Positions 29,248-41,982 are shown, counted from the first letter of the stretch. The stretch is DNA of 64,000 nucleotides from Candidatus Cloacimonadales bacterium (GCA_963667035.1 OY762964.1:896001-960000), one strand, 5' to 3'. A program made the numbers and translations. The notes: a model not told the origin generated them from the sequence alone.

Positions 29248-29275
29248 GAGCGGGAATATTTTAATATTCCCGCTC
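29248..29275. terminator. 13-bp perfect hairpin between the RDD paralogues
   Basis: gagcgggaatatt-tt-aatattcccgctc; no U-tract on the minus (coding) strand. Confidence 0.55.
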
Positions 29276-29327
29276 TTTCGAATGGGATTACGCCCTATTC
29301 GCCCTATACAGAGGGTATGAAGAAGAT

Positions 29328-31148
29328 TTATAGTTTAACAAACCTAGAGTCTTTTGTCTCTTCCTGATATGGACCGTTAAAGCTTAGTTTTCCGGTTTCT
29401 TTATCCCAATCCAAAGGTTTGTTTGTATAATGATTGTAGAAATATCCTTGTTTCTTAGTTAGAAACTCTGTGATTTGAGCATCAGTTAGATGATTTCGCT
29501 TAATGTAGCTTGCTGTTTTTAAGAGATACATTCTATTCTGAACATCTCTTATCTTAATTGCATATTGATTGTAGTAGACCGAGTAGTTCTTGGACAATAT
29601 GATTCCAATCGGATTATATATATATTCTAATAATGAGTAGCTTTCTTTCGGTCTGTCATTAACCAATTCATACATCTTATCTGTTGAAAGTTCGGAGTAT
29701 TCAGCACTCCGAGCTAACTCTTCATAAGTATGGTTAGCTATATTATTACCCTTAACAAAAAGCGGATTTGCTTTAGCAATATCCTGACGGGAGATAGCAT
29801 AATCCTTCAAGCTTTCTGACGAATCAAGAGATCTTGTAATAAATGCAGTTGCCAGATTAAACTCATGCATGTAAGGTTTTCTCAAGCTTAGTGATTCTTT
29901 AGTAAAATCTGACATGCTGTCGATGTAATCAAGAAGTCTCGGATCAACAGGATTTTCATAAGAAATTAACTCTGAAACACTACGTTGATGAATAGCCATA
30001 AGGATTGTGCTTACTAATTTGAAGATAAGGGAATCAGATGTATTCATAAGATGCATACAGACATTTTCACCCTTTTTCATTAGCTCAATTGCATAGTCCC
30101 TGTCTCCGTTTACATATTCTAAAACAAAGTTAGCAGTATATAGTCTTTCAAAAATAACCATTGGCATTAGAATCGGAATCGGAGTAATCATGTCGGGGAT
30201 AAGTTTATTATCGAATTTGTTATAATTCAATAGGCTAAAGTACCTATCTTGTATATAGTTATATTGATTGTAATAATGCTTGATTAAATCTTCGTTCTCA
30301 AGGGTGGATTCAATCAATTTGCCATTATCAATGTCACTCAGCACTTCAAGTTCTGTTGCAAGAGTATCTATCGGTGGATCTAAAGATGAGAATTGATCTG
30401 TCAGATTAATATCTGAATCAGGTGCAATAATACTAAGTATCTTAGTGTTAACACCTTTTGTTCTTCTTAATCCTTCTTCAAAAGCGTTAACTTCTTCCGG
30501 AACTCCGAAAGCACTGAGCAAATAGAAGCCATTATCTTCAGGATTCTCATCGGGCGAGTAGTTGATTAATGCTGCTTCTGCTTCATTGGAAAGCGGTGCT
30601 TCATATTGCCAGAGGATATTGACTATGATGAGGATTAAAATGGAGATAATCATGAAGATCTTACCCGCTTTCCAACGACTGATATCTATATCTGTTAATT
30701 TTGGAATATCACTATGCATTTGTTTTAGTGGGACTACAATTGTACCACTAAGTTTATCAGCGAAATTCTGGTTTCTGGAATCGAAACATGACCAAATGAA
30801 TCCTATAAAAAAAGAAAACCAGGAAAGAAAATAGCCACAATATCTGAGTAGAGATATTAGTAACATTGGTTTCTTTCCGGTTTGAGTCTCTATCAATCTT
30901 AAGTTAAAGCAAAACATCCCTACTGTCGCTCCGAACACATACCACATTAAGATTGAATAGATTGCCGGAACCACAAATAGTACCAGCATTATAACGAAGT
31001 GCAGTTTACCTCCTACCAAGGCTCCCTTATCAATCATTAAAAACTTTACTAGATATACTAACGCGAACCACAATGCAAAATCGATTACAAATGCTCCGAA
31101 TCTTCGTAGCAGTAACATAGCATTTCCGCCTTGTTTCTTCTCTTCCAT
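29328..31148 (-). CDS. RDD-domain membrane protein fused to a large extracytoplasmic helical domain (paralogue 1)
   Basis: RRFGAFVID, GATVG, DSRNQNFADKLSGTIV; C-terminal YNPIGIIL and NHYTNKPLDWD. Confidence 0.85.
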   Translation of the reverse strand: MEEKKQGGNAMLLLRRFGAFVIDFALWFALVYLVKFLMIDKGALVGGKLHFVIMLVLFVVPAIYSILMWYVFGATVGMFCFNLRLIETQTGKKPMLLISLLRYCGYFLSWFSFFIGFIWSCFDSRNQNFADKLSGTIVVPLKQMHSDIPKLTDIDISRWKAGKIFMIISILILIIVNILWQYEAPLSNEAEAALINYSPDENPEDNGFYLLSAFGVPEEVNAFEEGLRRTKGVNTKILSIIAPDSDINLTDQFSSLDPPIDTLATELEVLSDIDNGKLIESTLENEDLIKHYYNQYNYIQDRYFSLLNYNKFDNKLIPDMITPIPILMPMVIFERLYTANFVLEYVNGDRDYAIELMKKGENVCMHLMNTSDSLIFKLVSTILMAIHQRSVSELISYENPVDPRLLDYIDSMSDFTKESLSLRKPYMHEFNLATAFITRSLDSSESLKDYAISRQDIAKANPLFVKGNNIANHTYEELARSAEYSELSTDKMYELVNDRPKESYSLLEYIYNPIGIILSKNYSVYYNQYAIKIRDVQNRMYLLKTASYIKRNHLTDAQITEFLTKKQGYFYNHYTNKPLDWDKETGKLSFNGPYQEETKDSRFVKL

Positions 31149-31190
31149 AAAAAACTCTCCTTATCCATTTTTGTTTTCTCTTCCAAATAT

Positions 31191-31207
31191 CGCAATCTCC
31201 GTTCCAA
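31191..31207 (-). promoter_or_regulatory. Sigma54 (-24/-12) promoter for the RDD genes
   Basis: Minus strand TTGGAACG-GAGA-TTGCG, GG-N10-GC spacing. Confidence 0.8.
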
Positions 31208-31260
31208 ACTTGTAACTCCCTGAAAGATAATAATATAATGCTTTCCCCGTATTTGCCATG

Positions 31261-31297
31261 TGTTGCGTAGTGAACATTTGGTGTTCGAATATGAACA
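31261..31297. promoter_or_regulatory. Tandem enhancer (UAS) sites TGTT-N8-AACA
   Basis: tgttgcgtagtgaaca (31261-31276) and tgttcgaatatgaaca (31282-31297), 21 bp apart, about 55-90 bp upstream of the sigma54 promoter. Confidence 0.72.
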
Positions 31298-31353
31298 TTT
31301 TTAACAGATTGACAAACTGCTTTGCTTATGAGAAATAGGGGGCAGGAGTACTT

Positions 31354-32718
31354 ATGATAGAAAATGCTAAATTATTAATAATAGATGATGATGAAGATAT
31401 AGTTTTTTCATTGAAAGTTTTATTGGATTCTATCTCAGAAAGAATAGAATCCACATTGGACCCGAGGGATATTCCTTCTCTTATTAGGAGGAATAGGTAT
31501 GATGCTATTTTGCTTGATATGAACTTCAACGGTGATGCTATTAGCGGGGAAGAGGGATTCTATTGGCTTAGCAGAATAAAAGATATTACTCCGGAAATCC
31601 CCGTTATTTTGATTACAGCTTACGGAGATATTGAAAGAGCTATTAGAGCTATTCACTCAGGAGCTTATGATTTCATAACCAAGCCGTGGCAAAATGAGAA
31701 GTTGATAGCTACAGTTAATGCAGCAGTAAACTTTGCCAGAACCGAACGTAAGGTCGGGATTACCAAAGTACAGAGAGATTATCTTAAGAGTGATGTTTCA
31801 ATTACCGAGATTATCGGTGACTCGGATGAGTTAACGGAGATTATTAAAACTATAAAGACTGTTGCTCCGACAGATGCGGATGTCTTAATCATCGGTGAGA
31901 ACGGTACCGGAAAAGAATTGGTTGCTAGAGCATTACATAAATGTTCTCTCAGATCTGATGAAGTGTTCTTGTCTGTTGATATGGGAGCGTTAAACAGTAA
32001 TCTTTTTGAATCCGAATTGTTTGGACATGTTAAAGGAGCCTTTACCGGAGCCTCACAGAATAGAGTAGGTAAACTTGTTGCTGCAAATGGAGGAACACTC
32101 TTCTTAGATGAGATTGGTAATCTCCCGCCTGAACAACAAATGAAGTTGCTGAAAGTACTAGAGGAGAGAAAGAGCGTAGCAGTAGGCACAAACAGGAAAG
32201 AGGATATTGATGTAAGGCTTGTTTGTGCAACAAACAGTAACCTAGATCTTGCAGTGGAAGAAGGTAGTTTCAGAGCTGATTTATTGTATAGAATCAATAC
32301 TATTGAGATTCATTTGCCAGCTCTTAGAAACAGAAAAAGTGATATACCGAAACTGTGTAAATATTTTCTGGACCAATACAACAGAAAGTATTCCAAAAAC
32401 ATTAAAGGACTTACCTCTAGTGCTTTGACGAAACTGATGGAATATCACTTTCCCGGTAATATCAGGGAACTTAAGCATATCATCCATAGAGCTGTCATAC
32501 TGTGTCCTGATAATGCTATTAGTTCAAACCATATTGCATTGAAGAATAAAGTCTCCGGAAGCAAGCTGAAACTGGACAGTTTGAACATAGAATCAGCGGA
32601 AGAGGCACTTATTAGAGAGGCTTTGCATAAATATCAAGGTAACATGACCAAAGCGGCTAAAGCTTTGGGAATAAACAGAACATCTTTATACAGAAGGATA
32701 GAAAAATATGGGCTATAA
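31354..32718 (+). CDS. Sigma54-dependent response regulator (NtrC family)
   Basis: Receiver (IIDDD, LLDMNF, TAYG, KPW), GENGTGKE, ESELFGH.KGAFTGA, FLDEIG, FPGNIREL, Fis-type HTH. Confidence 0.96.
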   Translation: MIENAKLLIIDDDEDIVFSLKVLLDSISERIESTLDPRDIPSLIRRNRYDAILLDMNFNGDAISGEEGFYWLSRIKDITPEIPVILITAYGDIERAIRAIHSGAYDFITKPWQNEKLIATVNAAVNFARTERKVGITKVQRDYLKSDVSITEIIGDSDELTEIIKTIKTVAPTDADVLIIGENGTGKELVARALHKCSLRSDEVFLSVDMGALNSNLFESELFGHVKGAFTGASQNRVGKLVAANGGTLFLDEIGNLPPEQQMKLLKVLEERKSVAVGTNRKEDIDVRLVCATNSNLDLAVEEGSFRADLLYRINTIEIHLPALRNRKSDIPKLCKYFLDQYNRKYSKNIKGLTSSALTKLMEYHFPGNIRELKHIIHRAVILCPDNAISSNHIALKNKVSGSKLKLDSLNIESAEEALIREALHKYQGNMTKAAKALGINRTSLYRRIEKYGL

Positions 32719-34039
32719 AGTTGGGTCAATAGGCAAGCTTACTGTTGTCGTTAATGTTATAATGTGTATCTGTGCAGGAGCTTCGGCATACTTTTTTGCT
32801 CAGAAAGATTATTTTTCAGCTTGGGTGTCTCTGCTAATAACTGTCATTTTAGTTTCAGGTGTTCCGATTTATATTAAAAGGCTTATCAATAATATGATTG
32901 AATTAATCCACTCATACAATCAAAATTGGAATGCAAGAGAAGTGGATTTACCGGGATTTTCTGATGAACTGATTGCTCTTAACAAAGAGCTTATTTACTT
33001 AAGAGAGAGAACTAAGGAGACATGCCGAACTAATGCAATGAGTGCAGTTCTGATTGAGAAGATAATCGAGCATTTACCCTTTGCTATTATGGTATATGAT
33101 AACCACAAAAAAGTCTATTATTCTAACTCAGTGCTAAAAGAGATTCTGGATGATGACTTTGATTATATATCTGCTACGAATCTAAGAGATAGAGATCTTA
33201 TTGATAAAATCGATTCACTTCTAGAGGGTAAACAGATTGTGTTCTCTCATAACTCTCAGGAACAATCAGGTGAATATCTGATATCTAAGAATAGTTTTAA
33301 ACTTGATAAGAATAGGTATTATCTCGTTACCATGAAAGACATCAAATCAGAAATGGATACTCATGAATCGGTTTCTTGGCAGAAACTAATCAGAGTTTTA
33401 AATCATGAAATAGCCAATTCCTTAACTCCGATTGCCTCATTGTCTGATACTCTGCTAACACAGTTAGATGAGCCTGTCAGTGACTTGGATAAAACATTAA
33501 ACAACTCCCTGAAGCTATTCTCTAAACGTTCAAAAGCTCTTATGCAGTTTGTAAAGAGATACCGTGAGCTGGCTATTATTGAAACTCCGGATCTTATTCC
33601 ATCAAAACTAAAGCTACTTATAACAGACACAATAAGCTTATTCGAAAATGAGTTTGAAGAAAAGGGTATTAAACTCTCTTTGAACTTTAATGAAGGACCT
33701 GCTCTTGTTAATATTGATCAGACTATGTTCCAACAGGTTCTGATAAATCTCATAAAGAATTCAATTGATGCAATGCAGAACAGCATAAGAAAACTACTTT
33801 TTATCAATCTGGAAGAAACTAAAGCCGAATCGATAATTACTATTATCGACAGTGGGGCAGGGATTACCGAAGATGCTTTACCAAACATCTTTATTCCGTT
33901 CTTTACCACCAAGAAGGATGGTTCAGGTATAGGGCTTGCTCTGACAAGGCAGATAGTTAGATTGCATAAAGGTGATATTACTGCAACTTCCGGACCGGGA
34001 GAAGAAACTATCTTCAGAATAGTCTTACCTAATCTGTAA
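32708..34039 (+). CDS. Sensor histidine kinase
   Basis: 2 TM, PAS-like region, HEIANSLTPI, NLIKNS, DSGAG, FFTTKKDGSGIGL. Confidence 0.95.
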   Translation: MGYKVGSIGKLTVVVNVIMCICAGASAYFFAQKDYFSAWVSLLITVILVSGVPIYIKRLINNMIELIHSYNQNWNAREVDLPGFSDELIALNKELIYLRERTKETCRTNAMSAVLIEKIIEHLPFAIMVYDNHKKVYYSNSVLKEILDDDFDYISATNLRDRDLIDKIDSLLEGKQIVFSHNSQEQSGEYLISKNSFKLDKNRYYLVTMKDIKSEMDTHESVSWQKLIRVLNHEIANSLTPIASLSDTLLTQLDEPVSDLDKTLNNSLKLFSKRSKALMQFVKRYRELAIIETPDLIPSKLKLLITDTISLFENEFEEKGIKLSLNFNEGPALVNIDQTMFQQVLINLIKNSIDAMQNSIRKLLFINLEETKAESIITIIDSGAGITEDALPNIFIPFFTTKKDGSGIGLALTRQIVRLHKGDITATSGPGEETIFRIVLPNL

Positions 34040-34068
34040 TGAGTTTATTAATACTGATAATCATGTGA

Positions 34069-34606
34069 TTTGCCAGACTCGCTAGGAATGGTGTTTCCTG
34101 TACAAACTATAAAGATGATCTCTCAACTGCCATTTTTGCGGATTACGTAATTGAATACCTAAAAGGGTTACATTGCTCTCCTAATGATATTACTTTCCAA
34201 ACAGATAACGGTACTGAATTTATTGAACCTCTTCATAGTAGAGTCACAATCTTTGAAGAGATCTTAAACAAGCATGGAGTAACTCATGTTCGCATACCTC
34301 CAAAATCTCCAACATTCAACAGTGATATAGAAAGCTTTCACAACACCATAGAGCAAGAATTATATGATTATGAAGAGTTTAGAGACATTATATCTTTCAT
34401 TAGTAAAGTCTTCATATATCAGACTTACTACAACCATATCCGTAAAATCAGGACTAGAGGCAACAAGTCCCCCGTTGAGTTAGTCGCAGAATATGGACTT
34501 AAGGCTAAAACTGCTGATTTATGCTTTATCCCCATATTCTGCGACTCTTTTAGAAAGAATTTTCTTGCTAATTACAAAACTGGATACTTTAAAGGGTTAC
34601 CTCTCA
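34069..34606 (+). pseudogene. 5'-truncated transposase remnant (integrase core/rve domain, IS481/ISNCY-like)
   Basis: Start-less open frame 34069-34743: FQTDNGTEF...RIPPKSPTFNSDIESFHNTIEQE...YYNHIR; right boundary approximate. Confidence 0.82.
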
Positions 34607-34722
34607 GTTACCTCCCACTATTTTTAACCTTCTACGTCCCTTCTAGGCGACTGTTTAAGACATTGGAACCAAATTGGATCCACCAAGGAGCCTCCTTGGA
34701 CCCTCTTTGGCGAACGCCAAAG

Positions 34723-34743
34723 TTGTCCACATTATGTGGATAA
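34723..34743. promoter_or_regulatory. Inverted pair of DnaA boxes
   Basis: TTGTCCACA-tta-TGTGGATAA (one mismatch and one perfect match to TTATCCACA). Confidence 0.55.
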
Positions 34744-34942
34744 CTTTCACCAATGTATAACTTTTCTCTTGACCGCGACTGCAGAAGGGAGATAATTGAC
34801 TCATAGTTAGATAGTTATGTGCGTTCTATAAAAAATTGTCTGTCGAAAATATATCTTGAGAGGAAAGTTCATATTTATAAGTAACAAATCATGTGTAACA
34901 ACTCTCAAGCCCTCTTAATATGCCTAACTTCAGGAGAGCAAA

Positions 34943-35398
34943 ATGAAAGTAAATCTTATGAGACCGTTTGGAGCCTTTTCGGGTAAAATGGCTAAGCTTG
35001 TCTATTACATTGACAAGTTCACCGGTGAAGGCTATGCAAGAGAATATGTAGTTCCAGCTCGTACCGAGCAAAATACAATTATCGGAGAGACTACTCGTAA
35101 TCTTTCAGTTTATTATAACAATCTAAGCCCGGAATATCTTTGTGATTTGAAGAATTATGCAGATCGCTTGAATACCATACTCATGGGACATGGAACCAGA
35201 CTGAACGGTCCCTCCATGAATCTAAAGATGATGTATCTGCTAAAAAAAGCTCTTCCGGGAGTTAATCTTCAAACAATTACCCCTCAGGAAGTGTATGATA
35301 ATGATCTTCCCGTTAAAACAATAATGGAAGCGGTTGAGACAGGTTTAATTCCGGTTGTTCCGAGATATGAAGAATTGGACCATCCCATAGTCGCCTAG
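34943..35398 (+). CDS. Hypothetical protein (N-terminus reminiscent of DUF6266-type AFSGK..LVYY proteins)
   Basis: 151 aa ORF with AGGAG RBS; family assignment tentative. Confidence 0.65.
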   Translation: MKVNLMRPFGAFSGKMAKLVYYIDKFTGEGYAREYVVPARTEQNTIIGETTRNLSVYYNNLSPEYLCDLKNYADRLNTILMGHGTRLNGPSMNLKMMYLLKKALPGVNLQTITPQEVYDNDLPVKTIMEAVETGLIPVVPRYEELDHPIVA

Positions 35399-35970
35399 CT
35401 AAAAATTACAACTGTATGTGCTTGCGAGTTCGGTAACGGTGAAGTTAGCTGATTGTACTATCCGAAAAACCGAATTCACAAGCCTACAGAAGTTAGAAGT
35501 TTTAATAAGAATAACTATCTTCGGGAAATGAATCAATCAATTAATTTATAAAGCTTCTATCTGACAAAGCTAATACTTCCCCAATACCATTTATCCGTAT
35601 GATTTTGATAAATTATTTGTCATTTACTATCATATTGCAACAAGTATGCTTCATAGTATATGAAAGTTGTTATAAACATTTTTTAACTTAGTATGTCACG
35701 TAAAGAGTGACTAAATAGGAACTATAATGAAACTCACAATCTCATGAGAGTTTATTCAAATGATTCTTGTAATTGTCATTTAAGAACAGAGTAACTCCTT
35801 AAGGAACTGATTCGTATTCATAAGTTTGACTAGGGAAAGAGATTCCTAAAGAATTAATGTGTAAAGTGTGGTTGAAAGTAGTAAGTAAAAAAATGTTCAT
35901 TTACACTTATTGAATAAATATAAAATGGTAGAAAATAAAGATTTAAATAGTGAAAAAATAATTGCTATCC

Positions 35971-35998
35971 TTGACAATTATTGAGGATTTGGTATAAA
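35971..35998 (+). promoter_or_regulatory. Sigma70-type promoter
   Basis: TTGACA-16 nt-TATAAA with extended TG, upstream of the PAS kinase. Confidence 0.55.
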
Positions 35999-36042
35999 TT
36001 ACAGTAACTAAATCCGTTATTAAATCACCTATAGGAGTTGAC

Positions 36043-39000
36043 ATGCTAAATACTGAGTTACCAAGTTACTTTGACTTATTCTTCAGTAAATCTCCTGAAG
36101 CTATCTTGATAATTGATAATCAATTACAAATTGTTTATGCAAATACAAGTTTTAATATTATCTCCGGACTCAAAGAATACAATCCGAAAGATTTAAATGA
36201 ATTGCTACTCCATTGTTCCGAAGCCGATAGAGTTACAGGGCTTATTCAGCAAGCATTTAAAGGAGATTCCGTCTTTTCTCAACCGATACAGTGTTTTGCG
36301 GAAGACGAGTTTAACAAAGATTGGTTTAAAGTTGAAGCTTATCCAATAACTTCAGAAGATAAGGATTCCGGTTATGTTATATTGGTTCTTAACAATGTTA
36401 CTGATCAAGTTAATCAAAAACCGGAACTAGACGTACAAAGAGATATGTACAAAGCTTTATATAATGCCTCCCATGTCCCTTATCAGTCTCTCTCGGATGA
36501 TGGTTTGATAAGAGACGTAAATCCGGCTTGGTTGGAAACACTAGGTTATAGTGAAGTTGAAGTGATTGGAATGAGCTTTGGTGATTTGCTTCATGATGAA
36601 GACCTACCTGTCTTTCTGGAGAATTTTAAGAAATTGAGAAAGGTTGGTTCTGTTTCCGGTACATCCTATAGAATACGTCACAAAGACGGCTCTTACCGAC
36701 ACATAATGGTTAAAGGTAAGATCGGAATCAACAGGAATACGAACACTAAGCAAACTTATTGTGTGTTTCAAGATATAACAAGTCGAATAAAAGTAGAGAA
36801 AGAGCTAGAGATAGAGCAGAGAAGAATTAGAACTTTAATGAGTAATGTTCCCGGTATTGTTTTCAGGTGTAAAGTAGATGAACACTGGACAATGGAGTGC
36901 CTTAGTGACGGATGCTATAGCTTAACAGGTTATAAACCGAATGAGTTTATTGGTAACAATGCACTAACTTTTGATTCAATCATTCATGAAGATGATAGGG
37001 AGTCGGTAAGAGATGCTATTCTGGAAGCAACTAAAGAGATGAGTCATTACGAAGTTGAATATAGAGTTATAACTAAATCGGGCGTAGTGAAGTGGGTCTG
37101 GGAAAGAGGTATTAGCATCGAAGAGATAGATGGAGAAAATATTCTTGAAGGATTCATCACTGATATAACCGAAAGGATTCTTTACAGAAAGCAACTTGAA
37201 AAGAATGAAGTACTTTTGTCAGCCATATTAGATACGGTACCGGATTATGTTTGGGTTAAGAATGAAGACGGTCAATACGTTTCCTGCAACAAGAAATTAA
37301 GGGATTTGTTTCAAAAGGGCAATGAAGAGATTATAGGTAAATCCGATATTGATATCGTAAGCAAAGAGCAAGCAGAATTATTTAGGAGTTATGACAAATT
37401 AGTATTGGAGAAAATGAAACCGATAACTTATGAGCAAACAATAAAGAATACTGTAACCGGTAATGATATCGAGTTGGAAACCCATAAAGCACCGCTATAC
37501 GATGATACGGGTCAATTGATTGGAATACTTGGAGTTGGCAGAGATATTACGGAGAAGAAGAATATAACCAATAGATTACTCGATAAAGAAAGACAAATCC
37601 AAGCAATATATGATGACAAGACTACATTTATAGGAGTACTTGATTCAGAGTTTAGACTTATTGAGTGCAATAACTCAGCTTTAAACTTCATTAATTGCAG
37701 TTTAGATGATGTTCAAAATCTTCCATTTCCCGATTTACCATGGTGGAGAGGTAGCGAACCATGCCGTCAGAAGTTGATTGAGTCTCTGAAAAGGGCTAAA
37801 GAAGGTAAATCAGTTATATTTAGAGCTAAGAACTTTGGAGCTAATGATGAAGTAAAATATGTAAACTTATCGGTAAGACCCATCTCTAACTCACAAGGAG
37901 AGATATGTAGTTTCTTAGTTGAAGGACAGGATGTTACTGAAACATTCCGTATTAGAGAAGAGTTGCAGGCCAGTGAAGAAAAGTTCAAGAGATTATCCGA
38001 AAATGCTAAAGACATGATATTTAGGATGAGTTTACCGGAAGGAAAGTATGAATATGTTAATAGCTCTGCGAAAACTGTTATGGGAATATCAGCGGAAGAG
38101 TTTTATGCCCATCCGTTAATAATTAAAGAGATACTTCATTCCGATTGGCTTGATATTTTTAAGAAGGGATGGGAAGATATTACTAATGGAAGTGTTAAAC
38201 CTGTTATGGAATACCAGATTGTTACACCTGAAGGTGAAACCAAGTGGATTCATCAGAGAAGTGTGATTGTAAAAAATAATGATGGAGTTCCTATTGCCTT
38301 AGAAGGTATAGCTACAGATTTGACCGAATTGAAGCATGTTCAAGAGGAACTTGAAAAGAATCAAATCAGATATATTAAGGCTCAAGCATTAGGTAAGGTA
38401 GGTAACTGGGAATACGATATAAAGACAGATGAATATTGGGGATCTGCTGAGTCAAAAAAGATTTATGGATTTTCAGAGGATAAAATAAAGCTAACATCAG
38501 AAGAAGTAGAGGGCTGTATACCCGATAGAGAAAGAGTACATCAGGCACTTGTAGATCTTCTTGAACACAACAAGCACTATGATATTGAGTTTGAAATAAA
38601 CACTTTTGATAAAGGAATTAAGAAAATGATTCACTCTACCGCCTTTATCGAATATGATAAAAACGGTGAACCTTTGAAAGTGACAGGACTTATTCAAGAT
38701 GTATCCGAAAGAGTAGAGAATAACAACAAGTTAATGAATCTAAACCAAAGATTGAAACTTGCAACCGAATCCGCAGACTTAGGAATCTGGGAGTTGGATT
38801 TAGTCGCAGGAACTTTGATTTGGGATAACAAAATGTTCCAGATTTATGAAATTGACCCTGACTTGTTTAGTTACCACTATTCCAGTTGGGTGGATGTGAT
38901 ATTCGAAGAAGACAGAGAAAAAGTAAGTGAAGAGTTCAGGAGTTCCCTGAATTCAGGAAAGTATAAATGTGAGTATAGAATTACCACTCCCACGGGACAA

Positions 39001-39849
39001 GTTAAAGTTATCGAGAGCTATGCTACATTCTTGTATAGTCAATGTGGCAAACCGGTTAGAATGTATGGTATTAACAGAGATATTACGAAGAATAAGACAA
39101 GAGATGAGGAACTTGAAAACTATAAGAATCATTTGGAATTACTAGTTAACGAAAGAACTCAAGAACTTGAAGAAGCTAATCAGGAGTTAGAAAGTTTCTC
39201 CTACTCAGTTTCACATGACTTAAGGGCTCCTCTTAGAGCTATTAGCGGTTTCTGCAATATTCTGGAAGAAGATTATAGTGACGGGCTTGATGAAGAAGGG
39301 AAAAGACTCCTCTCCATTATCACCAATAATGCTCTGACAATGAATCAACTGATAACTGACATTCTGAGATTATCCAGGATTACTAGAAAAGAGATTAACA
39401 AAGTTTATACCGATATGAATGTAGTAGTAAATTCCTGTTTCTGCTCGGTTGCCAACGAGCAGGAAAAGAAAGACTTTGAGTTTGTTGTACATAATTTGGA
39501 TATGGCACCTTGTGACCCTAATTCGATGAAACTTGTCTGGTCTAACCTGATAGGGAATGCCCTAAAATACAGTAGCAAATCTGAAAAGAAGAAGATTGAG
39601 GTTACCTCCTATTTAGAATCGGATAGAATAATCTACCAAATTCAAGATTGGGGAGCAGGATTTAACGAAGAATATTCAGAGAAACTTTTTGGTGTATTTC
39701 AGAGACTCCATAAGCCCGATGAGTTTAGCGGTACAGGAATAGGATTAGCTTTATGCAAGCGCATAATTAATAAGCATGACGGCAACATCTCAGCAAAAGG
39801 TAAGATAGGTTATGGAGCTACTTTCAGATTTTATTTACCTTTAGAATAA
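36043..39849 (+). CDS. Cytoplasmic multi-PAS/PAC sensor histidine kinase
   Basis: Many PAS/PAC repeats (DIT/DVT/DLT ends), SHDLRAPL, NLIGNALKY, DWGAG, FQRLH, GTGIGL. Confidence 0.95.
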   Translation: MLNTELPSYFDLFFSKSPEAILIIDNQLQIVYANTSFNIISGLKEYNPKDLNELLLHCSEADRVTGLIQQAFKGDSVFSQPIQCFAEDEFNKDWFKVEAYPITSEDKDSGYVILVLNNVTDQVNQKPELDVQRDMYKALYNASHVPYQSLSDDGLIRDVNPAWLETLGYSEVEVIGMSFGDLLHDEDLPVFLENFKKLRKVGSVSGTSYRIRHKDGSYRHIMVKGKIGINRNTNTKQTYCVFQDITSRIKVEKELEIEQRRIRTLMSNVPGIVFRCKVDEHWTMECLSDGCYSLTGYKPNEFIGNNALTFDSIIHEDDRESVRDAILEATKEMSHYEVEYRVITKSGVVKWVWERGISIEEIDGENILEGFITDITERILYRKQLEKNEVLLSAILDTVPDYVWVKNEDGQYVSCNKKLRDLFQKGNEEIIGKSDIDIVSKEQAELFRSYDKLVLEKMKPITYEQTIKNTVTGNDIELETHKAPLYDDTGQLIGILGVGRDITEKKNITNRLLDKERQIQAIYDDKTTFIGVLDSEFRLIECNNSALNFINCSLDDVQNLPFPDLPWWRGSEPCRQKLIESLKRAKEGKSVIFRAKNFGANDEVKYVNLSVRPISNSQGEICSFLVEGQDVTETFRIREELQASEEKFKRLSENAKDMIFRMSLPEGKYEYVNSSAKTVMGISAEEFYAHPLIIKEILHSDWLDIFKKGWEDITNGSVKPVMEYQIVTPEGETKWIHQRSVIVKNNDGVPIALEGIATDLTELKHVQEELEKNQIRYIKAQALGKVGNWEYDIKTDEYWGSAESKKIYGFSEDKIKLTSEEVEGCIPDRERVHQALVDLLEHNKHYDIEFEINTFDKGIKKMIHSTAFIEYDKNGEPLKVTGLIQDVSERVENNNKLMNLNQRLKLATESADLGIWELDLVAGTLIWDNKMFQIYEIDPDLFSYHYSSWVDVIFEEDREKVSEEFRSSLNSGKYKCEYRITTPTGQVKVIESYATFLYSQCGKPVRMYGINRDITKNKTRDEELENYKNHLELLVNERTQELEEANQELESFSYSVSHDLRAPLRAISGFCNILEEDYSDGLDEEGKRLLSIITNNALTMNQLITDILRLSRITRKEINKVYTDMNVVVNSCFCSVANEQEKKDFEFVVHNLDMAPCDPNSMKLVWSNLIGNALKYSSKSEKKKIEVTSYLESDRIIYQIQDWGAGFNEEYSEKLFGVFQRLHKPDEFSGTGIGLALCKRIINKHDGNISAKGKIGYGATFRFYLPLE

Positions 39850-39943
39850 ATAATGATTAGTTTATAGTTTATAACTATGAATTTACTTGACTCGATGTAA
39901 ACTCAGTAAATAAGTCACTAAAAAATAAATCAGTGGAGGAGAT

Positions 39944-41930
<1,987 letters not shown>

Positions 41931-41949
41931 TATAGATTCCGACTTGTTT

Positions 41950-41982
41950 TGAGGAGCGAAATTTATTTCACTCCTCATTTTT
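41950..41982 (+). terminator. Intrinsic terminator
   Basis: tgaggagcgaaat/atttcactcctca followed by TTTTT. Confidence 0.7.

Noticed and set aside
34723..34760. Replication origin
   Set aside because: Only two good DnaA boxes and no dnaA/dnaN context
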